64,000 nt of DNA, taken from Gemmatimonadales bacterium (GTDB taxonomy: Bacteria; Gemmatimonadota; Gemmatimonadetes; Gemmatimonadales; GWC2-71-9). A model generated the notes under the pieces. It did not search any database. It was given only the letters and a program-made list of their open reading frames with translations, and was not told the DNA's origin. Both the position numbers and the translations under genes were made by a program. The stretch spans positions 43,110 to 107,109 of the forward strand of contig DASYCE010000012.1 in NCBI GenBank assembly GCA_036500345.1, written 5' to 3'. Shown here piece after piece: positions 1 to 11,584 of this stretch. Positions within the stretch are counted from its first letter, which is position 1. The number at the start of each line of letters is the position of its first letter.

Positions 1-686
1 GCAATGATCCCGACGATCGTCAGTGCGATGGTGATGGCAAGGATCCCGACGATCACCGGCAGCAGTGCGGCGACGAGCGCACCGAAGGCGAGGACCAGCA
101 CCGCAAGCGTGATCGGCACCAGCTTGCGTTCGTTGTGGCGCGCATCCTCTGCGCTCACGGTGCGGATATCGATGTCGAGCGGCGCGCGGCCGGTCACCAG
201 GACGCTGTACGCCTCCCCGTCGGGGAAATGCCGAAGCACTTGCTGGAACGCATCGCGCATCGGCTGCACGACGTTCCCCACCGAATCGTGGGAAACGCCG
301 AGCGAGACGAGAAAGAAGGTCGTGCGGCGGTCGTGCGCGAGAAATGTCGAATCGTGGGTGGTACGAAATGACAGGACGCCGCGCACCCACGGCTCGGCCT
401 TCGCGGTTGCGGTCAGCGAATCGAGCAGCGCACCGGCGACGCCTTCGGTCACTGGGGTCGGGCTCTGGAGGGTGACGGCGAAGAACTCCGAGACTGGCCG
501 CGAAAAGCGCGCGCCAAGGAGCGAATCGGCGATTCGCGCCTCGGTCATCTCGTCGGCGCCCCCGCGAAGCTCAAGGCGGCCCACCGTTTCACTCGCGTGG
601 GACGCGGCGTACGCGCCCACGATCGCCCAGAGGGCAATGACCACCCATCGCCCGCGCACGAGGGCGCTTCCGATCCTGTCGAACAC
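1..686 (-). CDS. MMPL-family (RND superfamily) membrane transporter, N-terminal part; gene continues beyond window start
   Basis: Absent from the ORF track because it runs off the edge. Reverse translation from GTG at 686 gives MFDRIGSALVRGRWVVIALWAIVGAYAA (TM1), then a soluble loop, then ERKLVPITLAVLVLAFGALVAALLPVIVGILAITIALTIVGII (typical MMPL TM2-3). GC3 is high. The + ORF 4..699 is its antisense shadow. Confidence 0.75.
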   Translation of the reverse strand, partial: MFDRIGSALVRGRWVVIALWAIVGAYAASHASETVGRLELRGGADEMTEARIADSLLGARFSRPVSEFFAVTLQSPTPVTEGVAGALLDSLTATAKAEPWVRGVLSFRTTHDSTFLAHDRRTTFFLVSLGVSHDSVGNVVQPMRDAFQQVLRHFPDGEAYSVLVTGRAPLDIDIRTVSAEDARHNERKLVPITLAVLVLAFGALVAALLPVIVGILAITIALTIVGII

Positions 687-778
687 GGCACAATGGTAGG
701 ACTCGCCGGGCGGGATCGCTAGGTATCCCGCTGACCACGCCCTCGCAAAAAACTCCCCCTCCTGCCGATATTCCCAAC

Positions 779-1579
779 GTGCTCCGTAACGTTCTGGGAA
801 TCCTCCTCGCCGTTCTGGTCGTGATCATCATCGGCGGATCGAGGCACGGCACCAGCCAGCCTCCGGCTCCGGCTGCCGTCCATGGGCCGGCGGTCGGGGT
901 GACCACCACTACGACGACCCGCGTGGCCGCGGCCCCGAAAGGCCCGGCCGGGGCTGACCCATCGATTCCGGCGGTCTCGACCCCGGAACTCGATCTGTTC
1001 ACCCGCCTCGCCGTGCGGCGCCGCATCGCGCGGGAGGGGAACAGCGTCTATCTCGATTCGATGCTCATGAAGACCGACTCTACCGTCACGCGCTGGCCCG
1101 ACAGTGCGACACTCCGGGTCGCGTTCGTCGCCGATACGACGGTACCAGGCTGGACACCTCTGCTGGTCGCTGAAGCGCGCACTGCGCTCCACAAATGGGA
1201 TGGGAATGCATCCGGTGTCACGTTCAAGGAAGTACCAACAGCCGACTCGGCGGATATCCAGGTGCACTGGGTGGTCACGCTACCGGACACGGGCCAGATC
1301 GGAAACACCACGGTCAGCTGGGGAACCGACGGTGTCGTACACTCCGCAGACGTGACGCTCGCGCTTCGCCGGAACCGCGATTCGACCCTCGTGCCACCGG
1401 CGGTGCGGATGCGCGTCGCCACCCACGAGTTCGGACACGCCCTCGGCCTGCCTCACTCCGGTGATCCCGGCGACCTGATGTTCCGTACCGCCCCGGTCGC
1501 CGGACCGTCCGATCGCGACCAGGCGACTCTGCGTCTGTTGTATGCCGTCACCCCCGGGCCGCTGCGCGTTCATCCGTAA
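779..1579 (+). CDS. Membrane-anchored matrixin-like zinc metalloprotease (peptidase M10-like)
   Basis: HEFGHALGLPH matches the HExxHxxGxxH zinc motif. N-terminal TM helix LGILLAVLVVIIIGG. GTG start. Confidence 0.8.
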   Translation: MLRNVLGILLAVLVVIIIGGSRHGTSQPPAPAAVHGPAVGVTTTTTTRVAAAPKGPAGADPSIPAVSTPELDLFTRLAVRRRIAREGNSVYLDSMLMKTDSTVTRWPDSATLRVAFVADTTVPGWTPLLVAEARTALHKWDGNASGVTFKEVPTADSADIQVHWVVTLPDTGQIGNTTVSWGTDGVVHSADVTLALRRNRDSTLVPPAVRMRVATHEFGHALGLPHSGDPGDLMFRTAPVAGPSDRDQATLRLLYAVTPGPLRVHP

Positions 1580-1585
1580 CCCGCC

Positions 1586-2728
1586 GTGCGCCTGTCGTGG
1601 TTTGCCGCCGTGCTGTTCATTGCACTTCCCCGCCCTGCATCGGCGCAGCGTTTCGCACAAGTCGACGCCGCGATTCGCGATGGCATCGCACAACGGATCT
1701 ACCCCGGCGCTGTCGTGGTGGTCGGCCGGGCCGACACGATCCTGTATGCGCGCGGCTACGGTCACTTCACCTGGAGCAGTTCGTCTCCCTCCCCTGACCC
1801 GGCCACCACACGCTGGGACCTGGCGTCACTGACGAAGATCGTCGCGACGACCGGTGCGCTCGCGGTCCTGGTGCAGCAGCACCGTGTCGAACTCGACGCG
1901 CCGGTTTCGCGATACGTGCCCGCATTCGCCGGCGGCCGCAAGAACCAGGTCACGGTTCGGATGCTCCTGACGCATACCAGCGGGATGCCGGCGTATATCA
2001 AATTCTGGATTACGTCGCACACGCCCGCCGAAGCGCTTCAACAACTCTTCATCACGCCGCTCGCCGGAATACCCGGAGCCAAGCCGGTCTACAGCGACCT
2101 CAACGGGATGCTTGCCGGGCTGGTCGTCGAACACGCCTCCCACCAATCACTCGATCGCTTCGCCGACTCTGCGGTCTTCTCGCCACTCGGCATGGTCTCC
2201 ACCGGGTATCGACCCGACAAGCGCGCCCAGGTGGATGCCGCGCCCACTGGACTCTGGCACGGGCACCCGGTCGGTGGCACGGTGAACGACCGCAACGCAG
2301 CAACATTCGGCGGCGTCTCCGGGCATGCGGGACTTTTCTCGACGGGGCTCGACTTGGCGCGCTTCGACCAGGGGTGGCTCAAGGGCGCCGCTGGCCACGG
2401 GAAGTGGCTCAAGGAATCAACTGTCTCGGAATTCCTCAGTCACACGGCGACCAGCGGAACGCGAGTGCTCGGCTGGGACACTCCACTCCCGCCGGGAGGC
2501 AAGAAGGTCTCGCTTTACGGGCGCTGCGCAACGCCGACGACATTTGGTCACACGGGGTGGACCGGCACCGAGATGTGGATCGACCCTGCCAACAACCTGT
2601 TCGTCGTCCTTCTCACCAATCGCGCGTTCGATCCCGCACGACCGGAAGCGTCGTTTGTTCAGCTCAAGGAGATTCGGTTGCGCGTTGCCGACGCGGTTCG
2701 CGCGGCCCTCGGCGGCTGTCACGCGTAG
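1586..2728 (+). CDS. Secreted serine hydrolase, beta-lactamase/PBP family
   Basis: Signal peptide ending PASAQ. SxxK motif SLTK in DLASLTKIVATTGA. HTGWTG box near the C-terminus. Confidence 0.85.
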   Translation: MRLSWFAAVLFIALPRPASAQRFAQVDAAIRDGIAQRIYPGAVVVVGRADTILYARGYGHFTWSSSSPSPDPATTRWDLASLTKIVATTGALAVLVQQHRVELDAPVSRYVPAFAGGRKNQVTVRMLLTHTSGMPAYIKFWITSHTPAEALQQLFITPLAGIPGAKPVYSDLNGMLAGLVVEHASHQSLDRFADSAVFSPLGMVSTGYRPDKRAQVDAAPTGLWHGHPVGGTVNDRNAATFGGVSGHAGLFSTGLDLARFDQGWLKGAAGHGKWLKESTVSEFLSHTATSGTRVLGWDTPLPPGGKKVSLYGRCATPTTFGHTGWTGTEMWIDPANNLFVVLLTNRAFDPARPEASFVQLKEIRLRVADAVRAALGGCHA

Positions 2729-2745
2729 CTGGTCTGTGGCGGGGT

Positions 2746-3078
2746 TCAGTGTCCCAGGAAGGCGCGAACTCTCGGATCCATTCGCTCGGGGGTCCAGTAC
2801 GGCTCCCACACGAGTTCGATATCGACGTCGGCGACGCCTTCGAGGTCGGTCAGGGTCCGCTTGACGTCTTCCATGATCTCACCGCCTGCGGGACATCCTG
2901 GCGACGTGAGCGTCATGCGGACGTGCACCACGTTGTCGACAGTCACCGACACGTCGTACACCAGCCCGATATCGATGATGTTGAGGCCGAGTTCGGGGTC
3001 CTTCACCGCGCGCAACGCTTTCCGCGCCAGGTCGGCTGATACCGGCGTTGCTGCTGCGGCTGCTTCACCATCGGTCAT
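2746..3078 (-). CDS. sufT: Fe-S assembly protein SufT (DUF59/MIP18 family)
   Basis: VKDPELGLNIIDIGLVYDV...MTLTSPGCPAGGEI...VDIELVWEPYWTPERM is the canonical DUF59 pattern. Confidence 0.85.
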   Translation of the reverse strand: MTDGEAAAAATPVSADLARKALRAVKDPELGLNIIDIGLVYDVSVTVDNVVHVRMTLTSPGCPAGGEIMEDVKRTLTDLEGVADVDIELVWEPYWTPERMDPRVRAFLGH

Positions 3079-3081
3079 CTC

Positions 3082-4239
3082 TCAGATCTCCTTCACCGCG
3101 GTCGGCTCCGCAGTCTGCATTGCGGTCACCAGTGCCGCACCGAATACCCCGGCCTGCCACGTCCGGACGCCGGCCACTCGCGCCAGCGACTCGACGTTCT
3201 CCGGCTCGGCGCGCGCGATCGCTTCGAGCGTCCCATTAGGACAGAGGACACCTGGCGCAAGAGAGAACTCCGTCGCAAGCCGATTCCGTTCCCGCTTCAA
3301 CGCCTCCAGCCGCGTTTCGTAGGCTGGATCGGCGAGCCGGCGCGGCGGACGCGGGATCCTCGGGAGTTCGTCATCCGGCACTCCCTTCCCCTCGCTGATC
3401 GCGGCCAGGATCTCGCCACTCCGGCGCTCGCCGATGTCCCGACCGATTCCCTTGACCCGTGTGAGCTCCTGGCCGGAGTCTACTGGGTGCTGGGCCAGAT
3501 GCAGCATGACCTCATTGCCCATGATTCGAAACTCGGCGCGATCGAGTGACGCTGCCAGCTCGGAACGCCACCGATACAGAGCTCTGAGGATCGCCAATGC
3601 GCGCCGATCGAGCGCGCGCGCTCCCTTGACCCTCAGGAAATCGAGCGACGGGTCGGATTCGGAGGCAGTCCAGCGGATCTCCTCGGCAAGCCCGAACTCT
3701 TCTTCCACCCACGAAAGTCGGGAGATTCCATCGAGTTGTTGACGTAGTATATCTCGCAACTCACAAAGATTTCTTGTATCGCCGGCGGCGTACTCAAGCA
3801 TCGCTGTCGAAAGCGGCCGCACCGACCAGTCGGCGCGCTGAAACCGCTTGTCTGCCTTCAATCCGAAGTACTTGTCGAGAAGGGCAGCGAGTCCGATCCC
3901 TGGCTCATTCAGGAATTGCGCGGCGATTCTGGTATCGAACAGGTTCGTTGCGTGGAAGCCGAACTCCTTGTCGAAGAGCCGCAAATCGTAATCGGCATCG
4001 TGAAAGACCTTTTCGACCGACCGATCGGCGAGGAGGCGCCCAATCGGCGCGAGGTCCCCGACGCCGAGGGGATCGATCACAGCGGTCGACGTGCGGGTCG
4101 ATAGCTGGATCAGGTAGATGCGATCGTGATATCGATGAAAGGAGGCCGCCTCGGTGTCGAGCGCGACGAGATCGGCGTCGGCGATCTCGGCGAGCAGGCC
4201 GGTGAATGCTTCGGGGCGGTCAATCAGCCGGACGGTCAC
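3082..4239 (-). CDS. rnd: Ribonuclease D
   Basis: 3'-5' exonuclease DEDD motifs (LDTEAASFHRYHDRIYLIQLST, FHDADYDL, EYAAGDTRNL) followed by an HRDC-like C-terminal region. GTG start. Confidence 0.85.
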   Translation of the reverse strand: MTVRLIDRPEAFTGLLAEIADADLVALDTEAASFHRYHDRIYLIQLSTRTSTAVIDPLGVGDLAPIGRLLADRSVEKVFHDADYDLRLFDKEFGFHATNLFDTRIAAQFLNEPGIGLAALLDKYFGLKADKRFQRADWSVRPLSTAMLEYAAGDTRNLCELRDILRQQLDGISRLSWVEEEFGLAEEIRWTASESDPSLDFLRVKGARALDRRALAILRALYRWRSELAASLDRAEFRIMGNEVMLHLAQHPVDSGQELTRVKGIGRDIGERRSGEILAAISEGKGVPDDELPRIPRPPRRLADPAYETRLEALKRERNRLATEFSLAPGVLCPNGTLEAIARAEPENVESLARVAGVRTWQAGVFGAALVTAMQTAEPTAVKEI

Positions 4240-4410
4240 TCAGTCGCGTCGCTTTGCGATTAATTCGAGCCCGTCGGCGACGTCCTCGAGCGCCTTGGCA
4301 AGACTCTTGTAGAACTCGGGATCAGGAGCGGGCGGCGTGCCCAAGGCGCTGTCGAGATACACCTTGCGGGCGAGCTTGGCGGCATGGCGGATGTAGTCGG
4401 TGGTCGGCAT
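4240..4410 (-). CDS. Small hypothetical protein (56 aa), directly abutting the rnd start
   Basis: Below the ORF-track size cutoff. Sequence is MPTTDYIRHAAKLARKVYLDSALGTPPAPDPEFYKSLAKALEDVADGLELIAKRRD. GC3 is high like neighbouring genes. A GAGGGAG Shine-Dalgarno lies 3 nt upstream of the ATG. The stop TGA (4240-4242) is immediately followed by the rnd GTG. Confidence 0.55.
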   Translation of the reverse strand: MPTTDYIRHAAKLARKVYLDSALGTPPAPDPEFYKSLAKALEDVADGLELIAKRRD

Positions 4411-4503
4411 CGGCTCCCTCGGGCGTTGCAGGCCATCAAACGTAGCACCGGCTGTTATTGACCCTGGGTGTGAAACATTCGGGGGTGGGGAGCGTCTTTA
4501 GGA

Positions 4504-4614
4504 ATGGCGGTCCCGACGGAACCTCTCCATCCGTCACCGCCATCACATTGCAAGCCTTCCTTGAGACGCCCGTCGGGATTCCGGCTAGTCCGGACCTGGC
4601 GGGCGTCCTCTTTT
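4504..4614 (+). ncRNA. Candidate structured RNA or terminator element: two long hairpins, the second followed by a T-run
   Basis: Hairpin 1 pairs ATGGCGG (4504-4510) with CCGCCAT (4537-4543) and GACGGA (4515-4520) with TCCGTC (4530-4535), with loop ACCTCTCCA. Hairpin 2 pairs GACGCCCG (4565-4572) with CGGGCGTC (4600-4607), has an inner TCCGG/CCGGA stem, and is followed by CTCTTTTC. No convincing ORF or promoter was identified. Confidence 0.3.
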
Positions 4615-4713
4615 CGGTCTTCGGTCTCGGGGAGGTTGGTCGGGCTCGCAGATGGTGCAGCCCGGGCGCGGATGCGGCGCAGGGGGCGGGGAAGGAGACG
4701 CGACTCCGACCGG

Positions 4714-4977
4714 CTACTTGTTGGGCCGCCCCGGCGGCGTGTCGGAATCGAAGACCTCACGGTTCTTCGCGATATAGGCCTGCAGGTTCGCCGGAACATC
4801 TTCCTCGGGAAAGATCGCGCTGACCGGGCATTCCGGCTCGCATGCGCCGCAATCGATGCATTCGTCAGGATGGATGTACAGCTGATCGTCGCCTTCGTAG
4901 ATGCAATCCACCGGACAGACATCCACGCAGGCGCGATCCTTTATGCCAATACACGCTTCCGTAATGATGTAGGGCAT
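4714..4977 (-). CDS. fdxA: Ferredoxin, FdxA-like, with one complete CxxCxxCxxxCP motif plus an N-terminal partial Cys motif
   Basis: [27 protein letters not shown]...[16 protein letters not shown] is the classic 7Fe ferredoxin pattern. Confidence 0.9.
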   Translation of the reverse strand: MPYIITEACIGIKDRACVDVCPVDCIYEGDDQLYIHPDECIDCGACEPECPVSAIFPEEDVPANLQAYIAKNREVFDSDTPPGRPNK

Positions 4978-5099
4978 CGAGGTTCTCCTTCACAATCCCG
5001 AACTGAATCAGGAAGCGCAGCACAGCTTCCGGCGTGGCACACAGTAGGAACGCCCCCCGGCGTGCGCAAGGGGGAGCCGCCGCCAACGCGTGTCGCGAC

Positions 5100-5486
5100 C
5101 TAGTGTTTTGGCTTCCCCGGCACAAAGAGGAGCTTCGACCACCCCGCAGAACAGGTCTCGCTCTTCACGTCGAACGCATACCCACCGCGCTCCTGGCGCA
5201 CGATGTACTGCCCGGGCTCGCTGCACGCCTGGTCGGTGTATGTGGCGATCCCGTCCTTCTGCATCAGCTTGCCGCTGAAGGTCAGCGTATCCGGCGACGT
5301 GATCGTGAAGGCGCCATTTCCCTTGAGCACCAGCGGCCAGCCAGCCATCCCGACGCTGTCGGCCCTGGCACTGTCGCGCGCCTGGATGATGTAACTCCCC
5401 GCCGGCATGGTGACCGGAGCCTGGGCACAGAGGTGGGATGCGGCCACAGTGGCGGCAACGAGCGGAGTGATCCAGCGAAATCGCAT
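5100..5486 (-). CDS. Secreted hypothetical protein
   Basis: Signal peptide MRFRWITPLVAATVAASHLCAQAP. High GC3. No recognisable domain. Confidence 0.6.
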   Translation of the reverse strand: MRFRWITPLVAATVAASHLCAQAPVTMPAGSYIIQARDSARADSVGMAGWPLVLKGNGAFTITSPDTLTFSGKLMQKDGIATYTDQACSEPGQYIVRQERGGYAFDVKSETCSAGWSKLLFVPGKPKH

Positions 5487-5627
5487 CGAGAGATCCGGGG
5501 TCGAGTGTGCCAGTGGTACGACAGGAGATGATACAGGGTTGGTTCGCCCGATCCCAGCCCGCTTGTCAGATGATGAGGCGTTTGCAGCACAATGACTTAG
5601 ACGTTCGCACCAAAAAACTGGTGTGAA

Positions 5628-5656
5628 TTGACAAGGGAGCCTGCCAAGTCTAGGAT
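5628..5656 (+). promoter_or_regulatory. Sigma-70-type promoter placed for a leaderless sufR transcript
   Basis: TTGACA (5628-5633), a 17-nt spacer, TAGGAT (5651-5656), then 6 nt (TGCGCC) before the sufR ATG at 5663. No Shine-Dalgarno. The inverted repeat CACCA-N6-TGGTG (5608-5623) abuts the -35. Confidence 0.55.
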
Positions 5657-5662
5657 TGCGCC

Positions 5663-6358
5663 ATGCGAACGTCGCGACCCACAGATCAGCACCCCGGCGG
5701 ACTTCCCCCGGCGAAGGTGCGGGGTGCCCGGGCCGAGCTACTGCTGGAACTCAAGCGGGCCGGTTCAGCCACGGCATCAGATCTCGCCGGGGCGCTCAAC
5801 TGTTCGCTCAATGCCGTCCGTCACCACCTCAAGGAGCTTCAGCGCGAAGGCGCGGTGCTTCACGACCGTACGCATCACGGTGTCGGCGCGCCGGCGCACA
5901 CCTACCGACTGTCGCCGCTGGGGCACGACCTCTTTCCGCAGCGGCACGCCAGCACCGTCGCATTCCTGCTCGATCAGCTCGTGGCGCTCGAGGGACGCGC
6001 CGTCTCCGCTGCACTGGTCAACGACCATGTCAGCGGCACCGCCGAGCGTGTCTGCGCGATCGGCAACGCTGCTGATCGGGACCGGCGGGGGCAGCAGATC
6101 GCCGACGCCCTCGATGCCGAAGGGTACATGGCGACATGGGAGCAGGGGCAAGACGGCGGCGTGCTGATCGAGCACAATTGCCCACACCGGCTGATCGCCG
6201 AGCGATTCCCGGAAATCTGCCGGGCGGAAGAGGCGTTTCTCGGTCGTGCCTTCGGCGTCGCGGTGACCCGTCAATCGCAGATCAGCGGCGGCTGCGGCAC
6301 CTGCACCTACCGGGTGAGCTACGACGCGGCACAGGCAGGGGGAGGGGGAGGATCATGA
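5663..6358 (+). CDS. sufR: SufR-like ArsR/DeoR-type HTH regulator with C-terminal Cys cluster
   Basis: N-terminal winged HTH ([38 protein letters not shown]). C-terminal Cys pattern C-x12-C-x24-C-x2-C ([15 protein letters not shown]...[10 protein letters not shown]). Sits directly upstream of, and overlaps, sufB. Confidence 0.75.
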   Translation: MRTSRPTDQHPGGLPPAKVRGARAELLLELKRAGSATASDLAGALNCSLNAVRHHLKELQREGAVLHDRTHHGVGAPAHTYRLSPLGHDLFPQRHASTVAFLLDQLVALEGRAVSAALVNDHVSGTAERVCAIGNAADRDRRGQQIADALDAEGYMATWEQGQDGGVLIEHNCPHRLIAERFPEICRAEEAFLGRAFGVAVTRQSQISGGCGTCTYRVSYDAAQAGGGGGS

Positions 6359-7791
6359 CCTCGTCGATCGAATCACTCGTCAATCGTGAATACAAGTACG
6401 GCTTCGTCACCGACATCGACCAGGAGACCGCACCGGTCGGCCTGTCGGAGTCGACGATTCGGTTCATCTCCGAGCGCAAGCGCGAACCTGAGTGGCTCCT
6501 CGATTGGCGGCTCAAGGCATATCGGCGGTGGCTCGAGATGACCCACGAACCAACCTGGGCGAACATCCATCACGAGCCGATCGACTATCAGGCAATCACC
6601 TACTATGCCGCGCCGCGCACCCAGAAGCCGCTCGGCTCGCTGGAGGACGTCGATCCCAAGCTGCTGGAGACCTACGCCAAGCTCGGTATCCCGCTCACCG
6701 AACAGAAGCTGCTTGCCGGTGTGGCGGTCGATGCAATCTTCGATTCGGTCTCGGTCGGGACGACGTTCAAGGCAACGCTCGCCAAGGCCGGCGTGATCTT
6801 CTGCTCGTTCGGCGAGGCCGTGCAGGAACACCCCGATCTGGTTCGCAAGTATCTCGGATCGGTGGTCCCGGCGTCGGACAACTATTTCGCCGCGCTCAAC
6901 TCGGCGGTCTTTTCGGATGGCTCGTTCGTGTACATCCCGAAGGGTGTCCGCTGTCCGATGGAGCTCTCGACCTATTTCCGGATCAACGCGGCGAACACCG
7001 GCCAGTTCGAGCGAACGCTGATCGTCGCCGACGAAGGGAGCTCCGTCTCCTATCTCGAAGGTTGCACGGCGCCGAAGCGCGACGAGAACCAGCTGCACGC
7101 GGCGGTGGTCGAACTCGTCGCGCTCGACGACGCGTCGATCAAGTACTCGACGGTGCAGAACTGGTACGCCGGCGACGCGGAAGGGAAGGGCGGCATCTAC
7201 AACTTCGTCACCAAGCGAGGCAAGGCGCTCGATCGCGCCAAGATCTCGTGGACGCAGGTCGAGACCGGATCGGCGATCACCTGGAAGTATCCCAGCGTGA
7301 TCCTGCAAGGCGACGACGCGGTGGGCGAGTTCTACTCGGTGGCGGTCGTGAACGGGATGCAGCAGGCCGATACCGGCACCAAGATGATCCACATGGGCCG
7401 CAACACGCGCAGCACGGTGGTCTCGAAGGGGATCAGCGCCGGCCGCGGCCAGAATTCGTACCGCGGTCAGATCAAGATCCTCCCCCGCGCCACCGGGGCC
7501 CGCAACTACACCCAGTGCGATTCGATGCTGATCGGCAATCGCTGCGGCGCGCACACCTTTCCGTACATCGACGTGGAGAATTCGTCGAGCGACGTCGAGC
7601 ATGAAGCGAGTACGTCGAAGATCGGCGAGGACCAGATCTTCTATTGCAAGCAGCGCGGAATGAACACGGAAAACGCCATCTCGGTCATCGTGAACGGCTT
7701 CTGCAAGGAAGTCTTCCGCGAGTTGCCGATGGAGTTCGCCGTCGAAGCGCAGAAACTCCTCGGGATCAGTCTCGAGGGGAGCGTGGGTTGA
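6355..7791 (+). CDS. sufB: Fe-S cluster assembly scaffold SufB
   Basis: [17 protein letters not shown]... with conserved SufB blocks ([49 protein letters not shown]). ATG at 6355 overlaps the sufR stop (ATGA). The longer track ORF from 6136 is an out-of-context extension. Confidence 0.95.
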   Translation: MTSSIESLVNREYKYGFVTDIDQETAPVGLSESTIRFISERKREPEWLLDWRLKAYRRWLEMTHEPTWANIHHEPIDYQAITYYAAPRTQKPLGSLEDVDPKLLETYAKLGIPLTEQKLLAGVAVDAIFDSVSVGTTFKATLAKAGVIFCSFGEAVQEHPDLVRKYLGSVVPASDNYFAALNSAVFSDGSFVYIPKGVRCPMELSTYFRINAANTGQFERTLIVADEGSSVSYLEGCTAPKRDENQLHAAVVELVALDDASIKYSTVQNWYAGDAEGKGGIYNFVTKRGKALDRAKISWTQVETGSAITWKYPSVILQGDDAVGEFYSVAVVNGMQQADTGTKMIHMGRNTRSTVVSKGISAGRGQNSYRGQIKILPRATGARNYTQCDSMLIGNRCGAHTFPYIDVENSSSDVEHEASTSKIGEDQIFYCKQRGMNTENAISVIVNGFCKEVFRELPMEFAVEAQKLLGISLEGSVG

Positions 7792-7806
7792 GGAGACCAG
7801 GCTGAC

Positions 7807-8564
<758 letters not shown>

Positions 8565-8568
<4 letters not shown>

Positions 8569-9875
8569 CCGCCACGGCGTCGCGTATCCCGTTTGCGGAT
8601 CTTGCCGCGCAGCTCCAGGCGACCGGACCGACCGATCCGTGTTGCGGCAATGCACGCGAGGAGGCTTTTGCGCGGTTCGCGGCGGTCGGCATCCCGACCT
8701 CTCGCGACGAGGAGTGGCGCTTCACGCCGGTGCGGCATCTTGGCGCCACGGAGTTCGGGCTGCCGGGTGACTCGCCGGCGCTGAGCGCTCAGGACATTGC
8801 GCCGTTCCTCACGAGCGGTGGTTCGCTTCGAATTGTCGTCGTCGATGGCCGGGTTGATCCAGCGCTGTCGCACTTCTCAAGTGCCGCGGGGATTCGGGTC
8901 GCTTCGCTTGCCGGTGCAGGCGCCGCGAACACTCAGGGTGTCATCACCTGCGCCGGCGACAGCGCCACAGCGCTCGCCACGCCGTTCGCCGCCCTCAATG
9001 CGGCGCTCTGGAGTGATGGTGCGGCAATTCACATCGGACCGGGCGTCACCGTCGAGGCGCCAATCGAGATCGTCCATGTCGCGACCCCCGCCGCCGATGT
9101 CGCGGTGATCTCGCCGCGGACGGTGATCTATGCGGCAGCCGGCGCGTCGGCAACAGTGGTCGAATCGTTCGCGGCATTGACCGGCGCTGGCTATTTCACC
9201 AACGCGGCGTGCGAAATCGTTCTGGGCGAGGGTGCCCGGCTGCAGCACGTCCGGCTCCAGCGCGAGGATGCCACCGCGACGCACATCGGGATCACCAGCG
9301 TCCAGCAGGAGCGTGGGTCGCACTACCGGTCGTTCGTCCTGTCGCAGGGTGCCCGCCTGTCGCGCCACGACCTGCACGCCCGTCATCATGGCGAAGAGGT
9401 GGAGACGCTGCTCTACGGGCTCTATCTCGGACGGGACGAGCAGCTGGTCGACAACCATACCGCGATCTTTCACGACCAGCCGCGTTGCAATTCGTGGGAG
9501 GTCTACAAGGGCGTCCTCGCTGATCGGGCCCGCGGCGTCTTCAACGGCAAGGTCGTGGTGCAGCCGGTGGCGCAGCGGACGGACGCGAAGCAGACCAACC
9601 GGAATCTCCTCCTGTCGGACAGGGCAAAGATCGATACCAAGCCCCAGCTGGAGATCTTCGCTGACGACGTGAAGTGCACCCACGGCGCGACGGTGGGACG
9701 GCTCGATGAATCGCAGCGATTCTACCTCCGCGCACGCGGCATCGCCGGTCGCGAAGCGCAAATGCTGCTGGTCACGGCGTTCGTGGCCGAAGTGTTCATG
9801 GAAATCACCGATCCCATGATCCGTTCGGCCGTCGAACGCCTGGTTCGCGCCGAAATAAACACACTGATCGGTTGA
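8565..9875 (+). CDS. sufD: Fe-S cluster assembly protein SufD
   Basis: SufB/D-family C-terminal beta-helix (NRNLLLSDRAKIDTKPQLEIFADDVKCTHGATVG). Start preferred at GTG 8565, which overlaps the sufC stop (GTGA). The track start 8538 is also possible. Confidence 0.9.
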
Positions 9876-9879
9876 GACG

Positions 9880-11129
<1,250 letters not shown>

Positions 11130-11133
<4 letters not shown>

Positions 11134-11555
11134 GTTCCCTCGCCGAGCTCTATCAGAGCGTGATCGTCGAGCATGACCGGAGTCCGCGGAACTTCCGGGC
11201 ACTGGTTGCACCATCGCATCACGCCGAGGGACGCAACCCGCTCTGCGGCGACGAGGTGGCCGTCGATCTGCGGGTGGGTGACAATGGTGCGATCGAAGAG
11301 ATCGGGTTCCAAGGCCAAGGCTGCGCGATTTCCCGGGCATCCGCGTCGATGATGACGGCCGCATTGCAGGGGAAAACGGTCGCCGAGGCGCGGGATTTGT
11401 TCGACCGGTTTCACGCATTGGTCACCGGAGGAAGTGCGGACGACGTAGGAAAACTCGCCGTCTTCCGCGGCGTTGCCGAGTACCCGATGCGGGTGAAGTG
11501 TGCGACGCTGGCGTGGCACGCGATGATAGCTGCGCTCGATACGGGCGCGAAATAA
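11130..11555 (+). CDS. sufU: SUF-type sulfur-transfer/scaffold protein SufU (NifU/IscU-like)
   Basis: NPLCGDEV, GQGCAISRASASMM and RVKCATLAW conserved Cys blocks. ATGA overlap with sufS. Confidence 0.9.
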
Positions 11556-11584
11556 CGACACAACATCAGGAGTTCGAGGTAGCG

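Noticed and set aside
4-699. 231-aa plus-strand ORF at the window start
   Set aside because: It is the antisense shadow of the MMPL transporter gene, whose reverse-strand translation shows clean TM helices and family-typical blocks.
4565-4607. Possible SRP (4.5S) RNA, suggested by CCAGGTCCGGA on the minus strand
   Set aside because: Only a short chance resemblance to the helix-8 region. The conserved GGAA tetraloop and the symmetric and asymmetric loop sequences (AGCA/GGAA context) are absent.
4458-4823. 121-aa plus-strand ORF (TTG start) covering the structured intergenic region
   Set aside because: Its GC3 is only moderate and there is no RBS. It runs antisense into the ferredoxin gene, and the peptide has no protein-like features. 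The region is better explained as RNA structure.
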